From a virus (taxonomy: Duplodnaviria > Caudoviricetes): DNA of 64,000 bases. The DNA lies in the IMG/VR virus record IMGVR_UViG_3300031993_000048, positions 13,602-77,601 of that record; one strand, 5' to 3'. Shown one piece after another: positions 16,823 through 25,182 of this stretch. The notes under the pieces are model-generated. The model saw nothing but the letters and a program-made list of their open reading frames with translations, was not told where the DNA came from and did not search any database. Position numbers and translations under genes: made by a program. The number at the start of each line of letters is the position of its first letter. The stretch's first letter is position 1.

Positions 16823-19479
16823 GCTGGATATACGGCTACGACTACACCGACGGCGACAGCGCCCGGCCCGCGCGCGAGCGGTTCTCCGACCCCCGCGCCC
16901 TCTACAAGGTCTTCGAGACCTTCCGCAGGTACGACATCAAGGACCAGGAGCGCCGCGCGCGCATCCTCGCGATCTACAACAAGAACCGCCCGTACAAGCC
17001 GGAGGAGCTCGAGAAGATCGGGCAGAAGTGGCGGACGAACCTCAACTTCGGCGCGCTCGCGAACGCGGTCGACGCGAGGGCCGGCGCGGTCGCGCGCATA
17101 GCGACGGAGACGTGCAGCCTCGTGAGCCTCGAGAGCCCCGTGCCGCAGTTCGCCGGGCCGGAGGACGAGGCCGTCACGACCGTCATCGAGGAGGAGTTCT
17201 CCCGCGCCATCCGGCTCGACGGGAGGGTCATCCCGCAGCTCGCGCTCGCCAACAAGGAGGCGGACCTCTACGGGTGCGGGCCGGTCACGTGGCGCGACCC
17301 CGAGGACTACGTGCCGCAGGCGCTCCGCCGGGGACAGGTGCTGTTCGACCCCGAAGGCCCGACGGCGTCCGCCGACCACGAGATCATCATGGTCGACACG
17401 GAGCTTTCCGCGACGGAGGCGTTCCGCGTCGTCGACAACCCGGACATGGCCGCGTCTGCCGGGTGGAACGTCGAGGCCATGAAGAAGTGGATCGTGCGCG
17501 TGTTCCGCGAGGACTTCGACACGAGGAGCGACACGTCCGCCGTCGGCGGCGTCGGCGTCCTCGAGTCCATGCTCGAGACCATGCGCCGCAACGACTACTT
17601 CGAGGCGAACCAGTTCCGCAAGTTCCACGTCCTGTTCGTGTTCGTGCGCGAGATGGCCGCGCCCCGCAAGATAACGCAGATCATCGTGCCCGCCAACGAC
17701 CAGCTCGTCGGCGACGACTGCGACAAGGAGTTCCTGTACAAGAAGCAGGACGCCTACGACACGATGGACGACGTGTTCTTCTGGTTCTGCCCGGACCTCT
17801 CGAAGCACTACATCCGGTCGGCCCGCGGCATAGCGTCCGACGTCGCGCCCAAGTCCGCCGTCAAGGACCGCGTGTGCTGCGCGATGGTGGACGGCGTCAT
17901 CCGCGCCATGTCCCTCGTCGTGAGGCAGCAGGGCCCCGGCGCGTCGCCGGTCACCTCGCTCCAGGAGGTCGGGCCGTACACCGTGATCGGCCAGGACTTC
18001 GAGGCCGTGCCGAACGCGAACCAGATGTCCAACTTCCAGAGCGCCGTCTCCGTCGTGCAGATGCTCGACCAGGAGAGCACGGGCTCGCTCGCCGGCATGG
18101 CGTTCGGGGCGACCGTGCCGAGGGTCGCCGCCGGAGGCGACAGGCAGTCGAAGGCGGAGGCAGAGATCGCCGAGCGCAGGCAGACGCAGCGCGACGACAA
18201 CTACATGACCTCGCGCCTCGCGTTCCACCGCCTCGTGTGGCGCGGGACGTTCCGCAGGTTCATGAAGATCGCGACCGGTCCCGACGTCGTGTGCCGCGAG
18301 TACCCGCACGTCCAGGAGTTCAAGGAGCGGTGCGAGAAGCGCGGGGTGGACAAGGCCACGCTCCGCGAGGCGCTGAAGACGTTCCAGGTCGACGTGAGCC
18401 GCGAGGTGATGCTCGGGATGGACGGGCTCACGCAGCTCATCGCCGACGCCCTCGCCCAGTTCGGGGGCACGTCCGACGAGCCGGGCCGCAAGCGCATGGC
18501 GCACGACGTCATCCGCTTCCGCCTCGGGCCGAAGCTCGCCAACAGGTACTTCCCCATCGAGTCCCGCGACAACGGGCCGTCCAACGACGCGTCCGTGGCG
18601 ACGCTCGAGAACAACGCGCTCCAGGCGGGGCAGCCGGTCCTCGTCGGCCCCGACCAGCGCCAGCTCGCCCACATCAACGTCCACATGCAGGTCCTCCAGT
18701 CGATCCAGGAGCAGGTGCAGAACGGCATCGCCGAGGCCCAGCGCGAGTGGGAGGAGCAGGGGCAGATGGAGCAGAGCGCGGACGGGAACCTCGCGCCGAA
18801 GATCGAGGATCCCGAGCGCCTCATGCGGGTCCTCGTCGCGACCTCGCAGCACATCCAGGAGCATCTCGCCATCTTCTCCGTGCAGCCCAACACGAAGGAG
18901 GAGGCGCAGCGCGTGAGCCAGGTCCTCACCGGCATGGGCGACGTGACGCAGGCCCTCAACCTCGCCATCGCCACCCAGCGCCGCGTCCGCGAGGCCGAGG
19001 AGGAGAAGCGCCAGCGCGAGCTCGAGGAGCTCCAGCGCGCGGCGGACGAGGCGGAGATCGCGAAGGCCAACCACAAGGCGGACCTCGACGCGCAGAACGC
19101 CAGGCACAAGATCGACCTCGACCACCAGGTCGCGCTCGAGCGCCTCCGCATGGAGGGTGAGATCGGTCGCCAGCGCCTCGCGATCGAGGCCGACAGCGCG
19201 AGGGGCAAGCAGCGCATCGCCTTCGAGACCGCGCGCAACGACGCGCTGGTGAAGTCCGAGCAGGCCCGCGGAGACATGGCCCGCAGGGACGCGGAGTCCC
19301 GGCAGAGCATGGAGCTCAACAGGGCGAGCGCGGAGCAGGAGGCCCGGATCAGGGCCGGCGAGGCCGCGCAGAACAGGCTTGAGGGCCGCAGGGCCATCAG
19401 AAGCGTGACCGGTCGGGAGACGCCGCAGCCCGCCGATCTCGCGGACAACGGAGCGTCCGGCGGGGTGGTCCCGCTGTGA
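16819..19479 (+). CDS. Portal protein with long C-terminal coiled-coil (P22/podovirus-like barrel)
   Basis: 886 aa; helical/beta core followed by Gln/Glu/Arg/Ala-rich helical tail; lies upstream of scaffold and capsid genes. Confidence 0.72.
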   Translation: MSWIYGYDYTDGDSARPARERFSDPRALYKVFETFRRYDIKDQERRARILAIYNKNRPYKPEELEKIGQKWRTNLNFGALANAVDARAGAVARIATETCSLVSLESPVPQFAGPEDEAVTTVIEEEFSRAIRLDGRVIPQLALANKEADLYGCGPVTWRDPEDYVPQALRRGQVLFDPEGPTASADHEIIMVDTELSATEAFRVVDNPDMAASAGWNVEAMKKWIVRVFREDFDTRSDTSAVGGVGVLESMLETMRRNDYFEANQFRKFHVLFVFVREMAAPRKITQIIVPANDQLVGDDCDKEFLYKKQDAYDTMDDVFFWFCPDLSKHYIRSARGIASDVAPKSAVKDRVCCAMVDGVIRAMSLVVRQQGPGASPVTSLQEVGPYTVIGQDFEAVPNANQMSNFQSAVSVVQMLDQESTGSLAGMAFGATVPRVAAGGDRQSKAEAEIAERRQTQRDDNYMTSRLAFHRLVWRGTFRRFMKIATGPDVVCREYPHVQEFKERCEKRGVDKATLREALKTFQVDVSREVMLGMDGLTQLIADALAQFGGTSDEPGRKRMAHDVIRFRLGPKLANRYFPIESRDNGPSNDASVATLENNALQAGQPVLVGPDQRQLAHINVHMQVLQSIQEQVQNGIAEAQREWEEQGQMEQSADGNLAPKIEDPERLMRVLVATSQHIQEHLAIFSVQPNTKEEAQRVSQVLTGMGDVTQALNLAIATQRRVREAEEEKRQRELEELQRAADEAEIAKANHKADLDAQNARHKIDLDHQVALERLRMEGEIGRQRLAIEADSARGKQRIAFETARNDALVKSEQARGDMARRDAESRQSMELNRASAEQEARIRAGEAAQNRLEGRRAIRSVTGRETPQPADLADNGASGGVVPL

Positions 19480-19493
19480 AAGGAGAAAGACAC

Positions 19494-19811
19494 ATGGAAG
19501 AGAAGAAGACAGACACCCTCGGGGCCGAACTCATCCCCGAGGCCAAGGACAAGGTGAGCCACGAGGACGCGGAGAAGGTCCGCGCGCTCGTCAGGCTCGA
19601 CATCGCGAAGTTCCGCCAGCAGAAGGAGCAGTTCCTTCGCGCCGCCGCGGACTGCGACGTCGCGATCGCGCAGCAGGAGGTCGTGCTCGCCGACCTCGAC
19701 CGCCGCGAAGTCGGGGTCGCGTACCCCGAGCCCCCGGAGGCCCCCAAGGAGCCGCCGAAGGCCGATCTCGGCCAGCCGAGGGGACCCGGAGCCGAAGGGG
19801 AGCAGAAGTGA
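19494..19811 (+). CDS. Hypothetical coiled-coil protein (105 aa)
   Basis: AGGAG RBS before ATG 19494; GTGA overlap with the next gene. Confidence 0.7.
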   Translation: MEEKKTDTLGAELIPEAKDKVSHEDAEKVRALVRLDIAKFRQQKEQFLRAAADCDVAIAQQEVVLADLDRREVGVAYPEPPEAPKEPPKADLGQPRGPGAEGEQK

Positions 19812-20215
19812 CCGATCCCGCGATCAGGCATCTGGTCGAGGTTCTCACCGCCGACATGCGTACGCGCATGTCCGGCGGGCTCGAGCGGTTCCTCACGCGC
19901 CTCGCCCTCGACGGCGGGCGCAAGGACTACGAGGAGTGGGCCGCGTCCCCGATGACGCGGACCTTCCTCGACGCGGTCAAGTCCCTCGCGGACACCGTGC
20001 CGCTCGCCGAACCGTCCGACCACGGAGGGCTCGCGAAGGCGTTCGGGTGCCTGTCGGCGCTGCGCCTCGTCGTGAACCTCGTAGAGGATCCGACGAAGGT
20101 GTTTCCGTCGATCTACGACGGGGCGGGCATGCTCATGTCGCGCACCGTCGACGGCACGCCGACCGCGTCCTACGAGACGCCTCCCACCAGCGAACCCGAA
20201 TCCACGGAGACATAA
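19808..20215 (+). CDS. Hypothetical protein between portal and scaffold (135 aa)
   Basis: GTG start overlapping the upstream TGA; helical; occupies the portal-scaffold slot common in podovirus-like head modules. Confidence 0.7.
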   Translation: MTDPAIRHLVEVLTADMRTRMSGGLERFLTRLALDGGRKDYEEWAASPMTRTFLDAVKSLADTVPLAEPSDHGGLAKAFGCLSALRLVVNLVEDPTKVFPSIYDGAGMLMSRTVDGTPTASYETPPTSEPESTET

Positions 20216-20218
20216 GAC

Positions 20219-21595
20219 ATGGCAGAATCCGCACCGAGCGCCGCCGCGCTCGACGCCCAGGTCGCCGGGCAGATAGGCGACATCCTGAACGGGCTCACGG
20301 GAGGCGGGGAACCGCCCGCCCCCGCGCAGCCGCCCGCGCAGCCGCCCGCGCAGCCGGCGGAGCCTCCCGCGGCGCAGCCGCCGTCGGAGCCGCCCCCGCC
20401 CGCGCAGCCCAGGCCGCCGGAGCAGCCCGCGCCCGCGCAGCCGCCCGCGCAGCCGCCCGCGCAGCCCCCGGCCCAGCCCCCGGCCCAGCCTCCCGAACCC
20501 GAGTTCACCGTCGCGCCGACGTCCGCGGACACGCTCCGCTCGATGTTCTCGCGCCAGCAGGTGCAGCCGGCGGAGGCGCAGCCGCCCGTCGAGGTCCCGC
20601 CGGACGTCCCGATCGCGGAGCCCGAGAACATGGACGAGAAGGCGCGCAACGCCTGGGTCGAGTCCCGCAACCGCGAGAAGCAGCTGCGGCAGTTCCTCGC
20701 CCAGCAGAAGCGCCAGATCGACGAGTTCGCGGGCAAGCAGGAGGAGTTCCAGAAGGAGCGCGATGAGCTCGCGAAGGCCCTGAAGGAGCGCGACGACCAG
20801 CTGAAGGCCGCGAACGAGAAGCTCGGGAAGCTCGACCTCTCCGGCTCCGTGGAGTTCCGCAAGAGGTACGACCAGCCGCTCCAGCAGGCGGAGGCGAACC
20901 TCGACACGGCGATACACGACTCCATCGAGGGGGCCGACACCCCGGAGCAGATCGCGAAGATCCGCCAGTACATCCTCGGCGACGACGCGCAGTTCAGCGA
21001 GTACATCTCCGGCCTCGACATCGACACGCAGGGGACGCTCATCGAGAAGCGGCGCACGCTCATCGAGCTGTCGGCCCAGCGCGAGCAGGCGTTGAAGGAC
21101 TGGCAGACGACGGCGCGCGGGCTCACCGACGCCGCCGCGAGGGAGGACGCCGCCGAGCGCGCGATCGCGAGGCGGAGGGCGGCGGAGAACGCCGTCCGCC
21201 GCAACACGACCGAGCTGCCGGCAAACCTCCGCCCGTACGTCACGACCGACGAGGCCTTCGCCGACGAGGTGAAGACCGCGAACGACGCGTTCTCCGCGTT
21301 CATGGCCACGGCCACGGACGAGGAGATGGCGGCCGCCGCGCACCTCGGGCACTTCATACCGGCCATGAACCGCGCGCTCATGCTCGCGATCGGCAGGGCG
21401 CAGCAGGCGGAGGAGGAGCTCCTGCGCATGCGCGGGATCCGCAACGTCCCGATGAGGACCGCGCCGCCCGCCCCCGCGCCGAAGCCGCCGCCTCCGCCCC
21501 CGCCCACCGCGGAGGGACTGGAGAACCAGACCCTGCGCGGGATCGAGGAGACCCTCGCGCCGCTCATGGGCGGCCCCGCCGTCCCCCGGGCATAG
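20219..21595 (+). CDS. Capsid scaffolding protein
   Basis: Pro/Gln/Ala-rich N-terminus and long coiled-coil; directly upstream of the major capsid gene. Confidence 0.7.
   Translation: MAESAPSAAALDAQVAGQIGDILNGLTGGGEPPAPAQPPAQPPAQPAEPPAAQPPSEPPPPAQPRPPEQPAPAQPPAQPPAQPPAQPPAQPPEPEFTVAPTSADTLRSMFSRQQVQPAEAQPPVEVPPDVPIAEPENMDEKARNAWVESRNREKQLRQFLAQQKRQIDEFAGKQEEFQKERDELAKALKERDDQLKAANEKLGKLDLSGSVEFRKRYDQPLQQAEANLDTAIHDSIEGADTPEQIAKIRQYILGDDAQFSEYISGLDIDTQGTLIEKRRTLIELSAQREQALKDWQTTARGLTDAAAREDAAERAIARRRAAENAVRRNTTELPANLRPYVTTDEAFADEVKTANDAFSAFMATATDEEMAAAAHLGHFIPAMNRALMLAIGRAQQAEEELLRMRGIRNVPMRTAPPAPAPKPPPPPPPTAEGLENQTLRGIEETLAPLMGGPAVPRA
20312..20495 (+). repeat. 12-nt tandem repeats (CAGCCGCCCGCG) encoding QPPA/AQPP in the scaffold
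   Basis: PAQPPAQPPAQP...PAQPPAQPPAQPPAQPPAQPP seen directly. Confidence 0.9.
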
Positions 21596-21610
21596 CCGGA
21601 ACCGGACCTG

Positions 21611-21660
21611 TCCGCGCTCGCCGCAAGCCCCTCTGCGGTGGGCGCGGACTTTTTTGCTTT
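21611..21660 (+). terminator. Rho-independent terminator after the scaffold gene
   Basis: TCCGCGCTCGCCGC (21611-21624) pairs with GCGGTGGGCGCGGA (21635-21648) with two G-U pairs, followed by CTTTTTTGCTTT. Confidence 0.85.
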
Positions 21661-21667
21661 CTGGGGC

Positions 21668-21696
21668 TTGCGCGCGAGGCGCAGATGTGGTATCAT
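21668..21696 (+). promoter_or_regulatory. sigma70-like promoter for the capsid operon
   Basis: TTGCGC (21668-21673), 17 nt, TATCAT (21691-21696) with TGTGG extension; immediately after the terminator. Confidence 0.75.
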
Positions 21697-21884
21697 AGGT
21701 GCCGACGGAGTAAATCGCCCTCCCCGCGGGGCACCTGAACTCGGGTCTATTCCGCGTGCCCGCGCGGCGCACCCGGCCACGTACAGGCCGGACAAAGGGT
21801 CTACTTTCGCGACAGCCCGCGCGAGATGCAGGAGACGCGTGTCTCCCGCGCAACCGTTCACGTTCCAAGAAAAGGAAAAAGACT
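21697..21884 (+). promoter_or_regulatory. Long structured 5' leader of the major capsid gene (candidate cis-regulatory RNA)
   Basis: About 190 nt non-coding with several stems: CCGGCC/GGCCGG, GGAGAC/GTCTCC, TCGCG/CGCGA, and TGAAC/GTTCA closing; duplicated GGGTCTA. Confidence 0.5.
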
Positions 21885-24131
21885 ATGGCTACTTTGCCAG
21901 GTTATGACTCTGCCCGCGCCGCGCTGTCGGGCATCGAAGGTTTCAATGACGGAGCCGCCGCCATTCCCGGCCGCTCCGGCCCGTTCGCGAAGTTCCTGCT
22001 GCCCGGCATGGGCGACGAGGCTCGCTTCGGGATAGGTCCCGTGCGCAAGTCGTCCGGTTGGGTCGAGACCCAGCTCGGCCGCTACGCCGTGCAGGGAATC
22101 CCCGCCGACCAGAAGCGCCGCTACGCCGGCCCCATCGCGGGCGCGTCGGTCGCCGAACAGCTCGAAGGCTGGACGCAGGCGCTCGACACGATCGCCGCGA
22201 CGCAGGCCAACACGATCCACGAGATCGCGACGATGCGCCTGTCGAAGTTCTGGATCAACATGATCAAGAGCGAGTCCTGGAAGCCGTTCAACGGCTGGGA
22301 GTCGAAGGTCACGATCTTCCGCGGCGGCCTCCTGCACCAGTCGGGCCTCTCCAACTGGCGCCGCATCATGCCGGTCCCCGAGCTCGGCGTCAACCATCCG
22401 TCGACCCTTCCCGGGTTCGAGACGGTCATGGGCACGACCGAGGAGCTGACGGGCGTCGGCTACGAGGCGGGCTGGGGCTCCGACTCGATCAACATCGACC
22501 ATCTGCGCAACGTGCCCAACGCGCCGCAGCAGGTCAAGCAGATCCTCGACGTCGGCGTCGACCAGGCGATCGCGCTCCGCGAGAGCTACAACCGCGAGAC
22601 GTACATCAACATGGCGTGCCTCATGCACCGCGCCTTCGTGATGTGCTGCGACTGCCAGCCCACCGAGGACGTCGGCTCGCGCGCGTTCATCTACGACCCG
22701 CACGTGGCGTGCGACGCCTTCCAGGCCGTCGTCGGCACGAACGTGCCCTCCGGCACGGTGCTCGTCGGCAAGGCCACGAACTCCGGCGTGGTGGAGAACA
22801 ACGACTGGGTCGCCCTCGTCGACGACCGCAGCGCCTTCACCAACAAGAAGGTGTTCGCGTTCCTCGACTCCACGACCCGCCTCGACTGCTACGGCCAGTA
22901 CCACGCCCAGAAGGACGTCGTCATCGACCCGTCCACGGGCATGGAGGCTCCGTTCGTGCTGATCGACGCCGGTCCCGCGGGCGAGACCCTCGAGATCGAG
23001 CCGCCGAACTTCGACATGCTCGAGCGCATGACGGACGAGTACGCGCAGCGCTGCCCCGAGGCCGCTGTCGGCCACGACGGCGACGTTCCCGTGTTCGCGA
23101 TCACGCTCAACCACAGCGACATCGACAAGCTCATCCGGGCGACGCCGATCGAGTGGGACGCGTGGCGCCGCGCCGAGCCGCAGGCGCTCATCACGCACTA
23201 CGGCATCAGCAAGGCGAAGGTCTACCGCCGCTGGGCGATCGTGAACGACACGAACCAGCTGCGCATGAAGCCGATCGCCTACATCTCGGAGTACACCTCC
23301 ACGGAGGCGAAGAAGTACGGCAACGTCGGCTACCGCGACGGGGACGACACCTCGCTCCAGGGCCGCGCCGTCTACGTCTGCGTGGTCGTGAACCCGAAGA
23401 TGCTCTCGCCCACCCGCAAGGGCACGAACGGCTACTCCGTGCCGGTTCCGAACCCCGAGTACTTCACCGCGCCCCTCGCGCTGGCGAACGTCGTCATCAA
23501 GGACACGTTCATCAACCAGCTCGAAGGCCCGGCCCCGTCCATCGGCAACGGCACCGACTTCGGCCCGCAGCCTCCGTGCAACGGAACGTGGGGCTTCCTG
23601 AACATCCAGGACAAGCTCACGAACCCGTTCCGCCAGACGGGCAACTTCTACGGCCTCCTGCGCACGCACGTGAAGCCGACGAAGTACACCCAGGAGGCGG
23701 CGTGCTTCGTGTACGCCCGCGACGTCCAGGCGTTCAAGGCGTTCACGCAGGCCGAGAACCGGATCATCAACCCCGACTACACCGGCCTCTCGCAGAGCGC
23801 CGCCGTGGCCAAGGTCGAGTCCTCCGCGTTCACCGGCACGTCCGCGGTGACGACCCTCCCCGCCGGCAAGCCGATCGACCTGACGCTCGAGACCACGCCC
23901 CACCTCGCGCTCGAGCTGGGCTCGAAGGTCGAGCTGGCCAAGGACACCGGAGGCACGCTCTCGGGCAACTCCCCCGTGGTGGTGCTCGACGCGAGCCGCT
24001 GGCCGCGCGTCAAGGTGGCCCCGCTGTCGACCCTCACGCTCTCCAACGTGGGCATCGCCGACAACTACGTCACCTCCACGCACGAGTCGCACGACCTCAC
24101 CCTCACGGGCACGGTCCTCGTCGGCAAGTAG
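21885..24131 (+). CDS. Major capsid protein (748 aa) with N- and C-terminal extensions
   Basis: Strong RBS (AAAGGAAAA), own promoter and downstream hairpin; follows portal and scaffold; mixed alpha/beta composition consistent with an HK97-fold core. Confidence 0.75.
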   Translation: MATLPGYDSARAALSGIEGFNDGAAAIPGRSGPFAKFLLPGMGDEARFGIGPVRKSSGWVETQLGRYAVQGIPADQKRRYAGPIAGASVAEQLEGWTQALDTIAATQANTIHEIATMRLSKFWINMIKSESWKPFNGWESKVTIFRGGLLHQSGLSNWRRIMPVPELGVNHPSTLPGFETVMGTTEELTGVGYEAGWGSDSINIDHLRNVPNAPQQVKQILDVGVDQAIALRESYNRETYINMACLMHRAFVMCCDCQPTEDVGSRAFIYDPHVACDAFQAVVGTNVPSGTVLVGKATNSGVVENNDWVALVDDRSAFTNKKVFAFLDSTTRLDCYGQYHAQKDVVIDPSTGMEAPFVLIDAGPAGETLEIEPPNFDMLERMTDEYAQRCPEAAVGHDGDVPVFAITLNHSDIDKLIRATPIEWDAWRRAEPQALITHYGISKAKVYRRWAIVNDTNQLRMKPIAYISEYTSTEAKKYGNVGYRDGDDTSLQGRAVYVCVVVNPKMLSPTRKGTNGYSVPVPNPEYFTAPLALANVVIKDTFINQLEGPAPSIGNGTDFGPQPPCNGTWGFLNIQDKLTNPFRQTGNFYGLLRTHVKPTKYTQEAACFVYARDVQAFKAFTQAENRIINPDYTGLSQSAAVAKVESSAFTGTSAVTTLPAGKPIDLTLETTPHLALELGSKVELAKDTGGTLSGNSPVVVLDASRWPRVKVAPLSTLTLSNVGIADNYVTSTHESHDLTLTGTVLVGK

Positions 24132-24139
24132 CCGACGAA

Positions 24140-24180
24140 GGCTCCGCCGGGCGCTTTCTCCCCCGGCGGAGCCGACTCTC
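24140..24180 (+). terminator. Strong hairpin after the capsid gene (weak terminator or RNA-stabilising stem)
   Basis: GGCTCCGCCGGG (24140-24151) and CCCGGCGGAGCC (24162-24173) form a perfect 12-bp stem; followed by pyrimidine-rich CTCTCTTC rather than a U-tract. Confidence 0.6.
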
Positions 24181-24206
24181 TTCAACCGGACACGGGAACC
24201 GACGGC

Positions 24207-25172
24207 ATGAAGTACACTTTCGGAAAGGCCAAGCAGCTGCTTGCGAGGTCGTGCCACTCGAAGGCCGAGGACATAGGCGAGAAGATCAACATCGCCGTCC
24301 GCGCCCTCTGCGACACGAACCCCTTCGAGCACGAGTTTCTCCGGCAGGTGGTGCGCATGACGTCCGCGACTCCCGTGTTCAGCCTCCCCCAGGGGGCGAC
24401 GGGGCTGGTGCGCGTCTGCGTCAACGGACGCCCGACGACGCTGCACGGCCCCGATTTCCAGTTTCTCTCGTCCGGCCCCGGCGACCTCGACATGGTGCCC
24501 GGCGGCTACGAGAGGTTCGGCGGCGACGTGGCCGACCTCGGCACCTCGCCCGTGTGGATGCAGCCGTCCGGCTTCGGGTGGCTCGCTGCCACCTACAAGG
24601 GTTCGGCGCTCCAGCCTCCGATCACCGTCCACGCGACGGGGATGGACGGCGACCGGGTCACGTTCAAGCTGATGCCGAAGGCGGAGTCCGCTCCGCTCGA
24701 ATACGACAAGGCGCACCCCGTGCGCACGATAGACAGCGTCGTCCTCGACCCGTCTACCGACAACTACATTTCGCTGTACATGACCGAGGTGCTGCCCGCG
24801 AGGAGCGAGTGCCTCGTCGCCCGGTACCATCCGGGCTTCCACGTCCCCGAGTTCAGGCGGTACAGGCTTCCGTGCCTTCCGCATCCGGGGCCGTACGAGA
24901 TCCTCGCGGAAATACAGTTCGAGCCTCCCGACCTCATCGACGACGAGGACGTGATACCGTTCCCGTCCCTCGAGCCGATCAAGTCGATGATCCTCTACGA
25001 ATACTCGAACCAGAACCTCGAGGGCACCGCCGCGGAGGCGTACCTGAAGCAGGCGCAGGAGTGGCTCGCGAGGGCCAACCAGCGCAACCGCCTCCAGCAG
25101 GGCCCTGTCACCCTGAACGTGCCGTACGAAGGCTCCGTTGGCCAGCTGTGCGACGCGCTCGACAACCTGTAA
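24207..25172 (+). CDS. Putative head-tail adaptor/tail tubular protein
   Basis: 321 aa directly after the capsid gene; helical N- and C-termini flanking a beta core, as in podoviral adaptors (position-based inference). Confidence 0.5.
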   Translation: MKYTFGKAKQLLARSCHSKAEDIGEKINIAVRALCDTNPFEHEFLRQVVRMTSATPVFSLPQGATGLVRVCVNGRPTTLHGPDFQFLSSGPGDLDMVPGGYERFGGDVADLGTSPVWMQPSGFGWLAATYKGSALQPPITVHATGMDGDRVTFKLMPKAESAPLEYDKAHPVRTIDSVVLDPSTDNYISLYMTEVLPARSECLVARYHPGFHVPEFRRYRLPCLPHPGPYEILAEIQFEPPDLIDDEDVIPFPSLEPIKSMILYEYSNQNLEGTAAEAYLKQAQEWLARANQRNRLQQGPVTLNVPYEGSVGQLCDALDNL

Positions 25173-25182
25173 GGAGGCAAGC

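Noticed and set aside
21697-21884. Known riboswitch or self-cleaving ribozyme in the capsid leader
   Set aside because: No hammerhead (CUGAUGA/GAAA), c-di-GMP, SAM, TPP or cobalamin consensus could be matched by eye; kept only as an unclassified structured leader.
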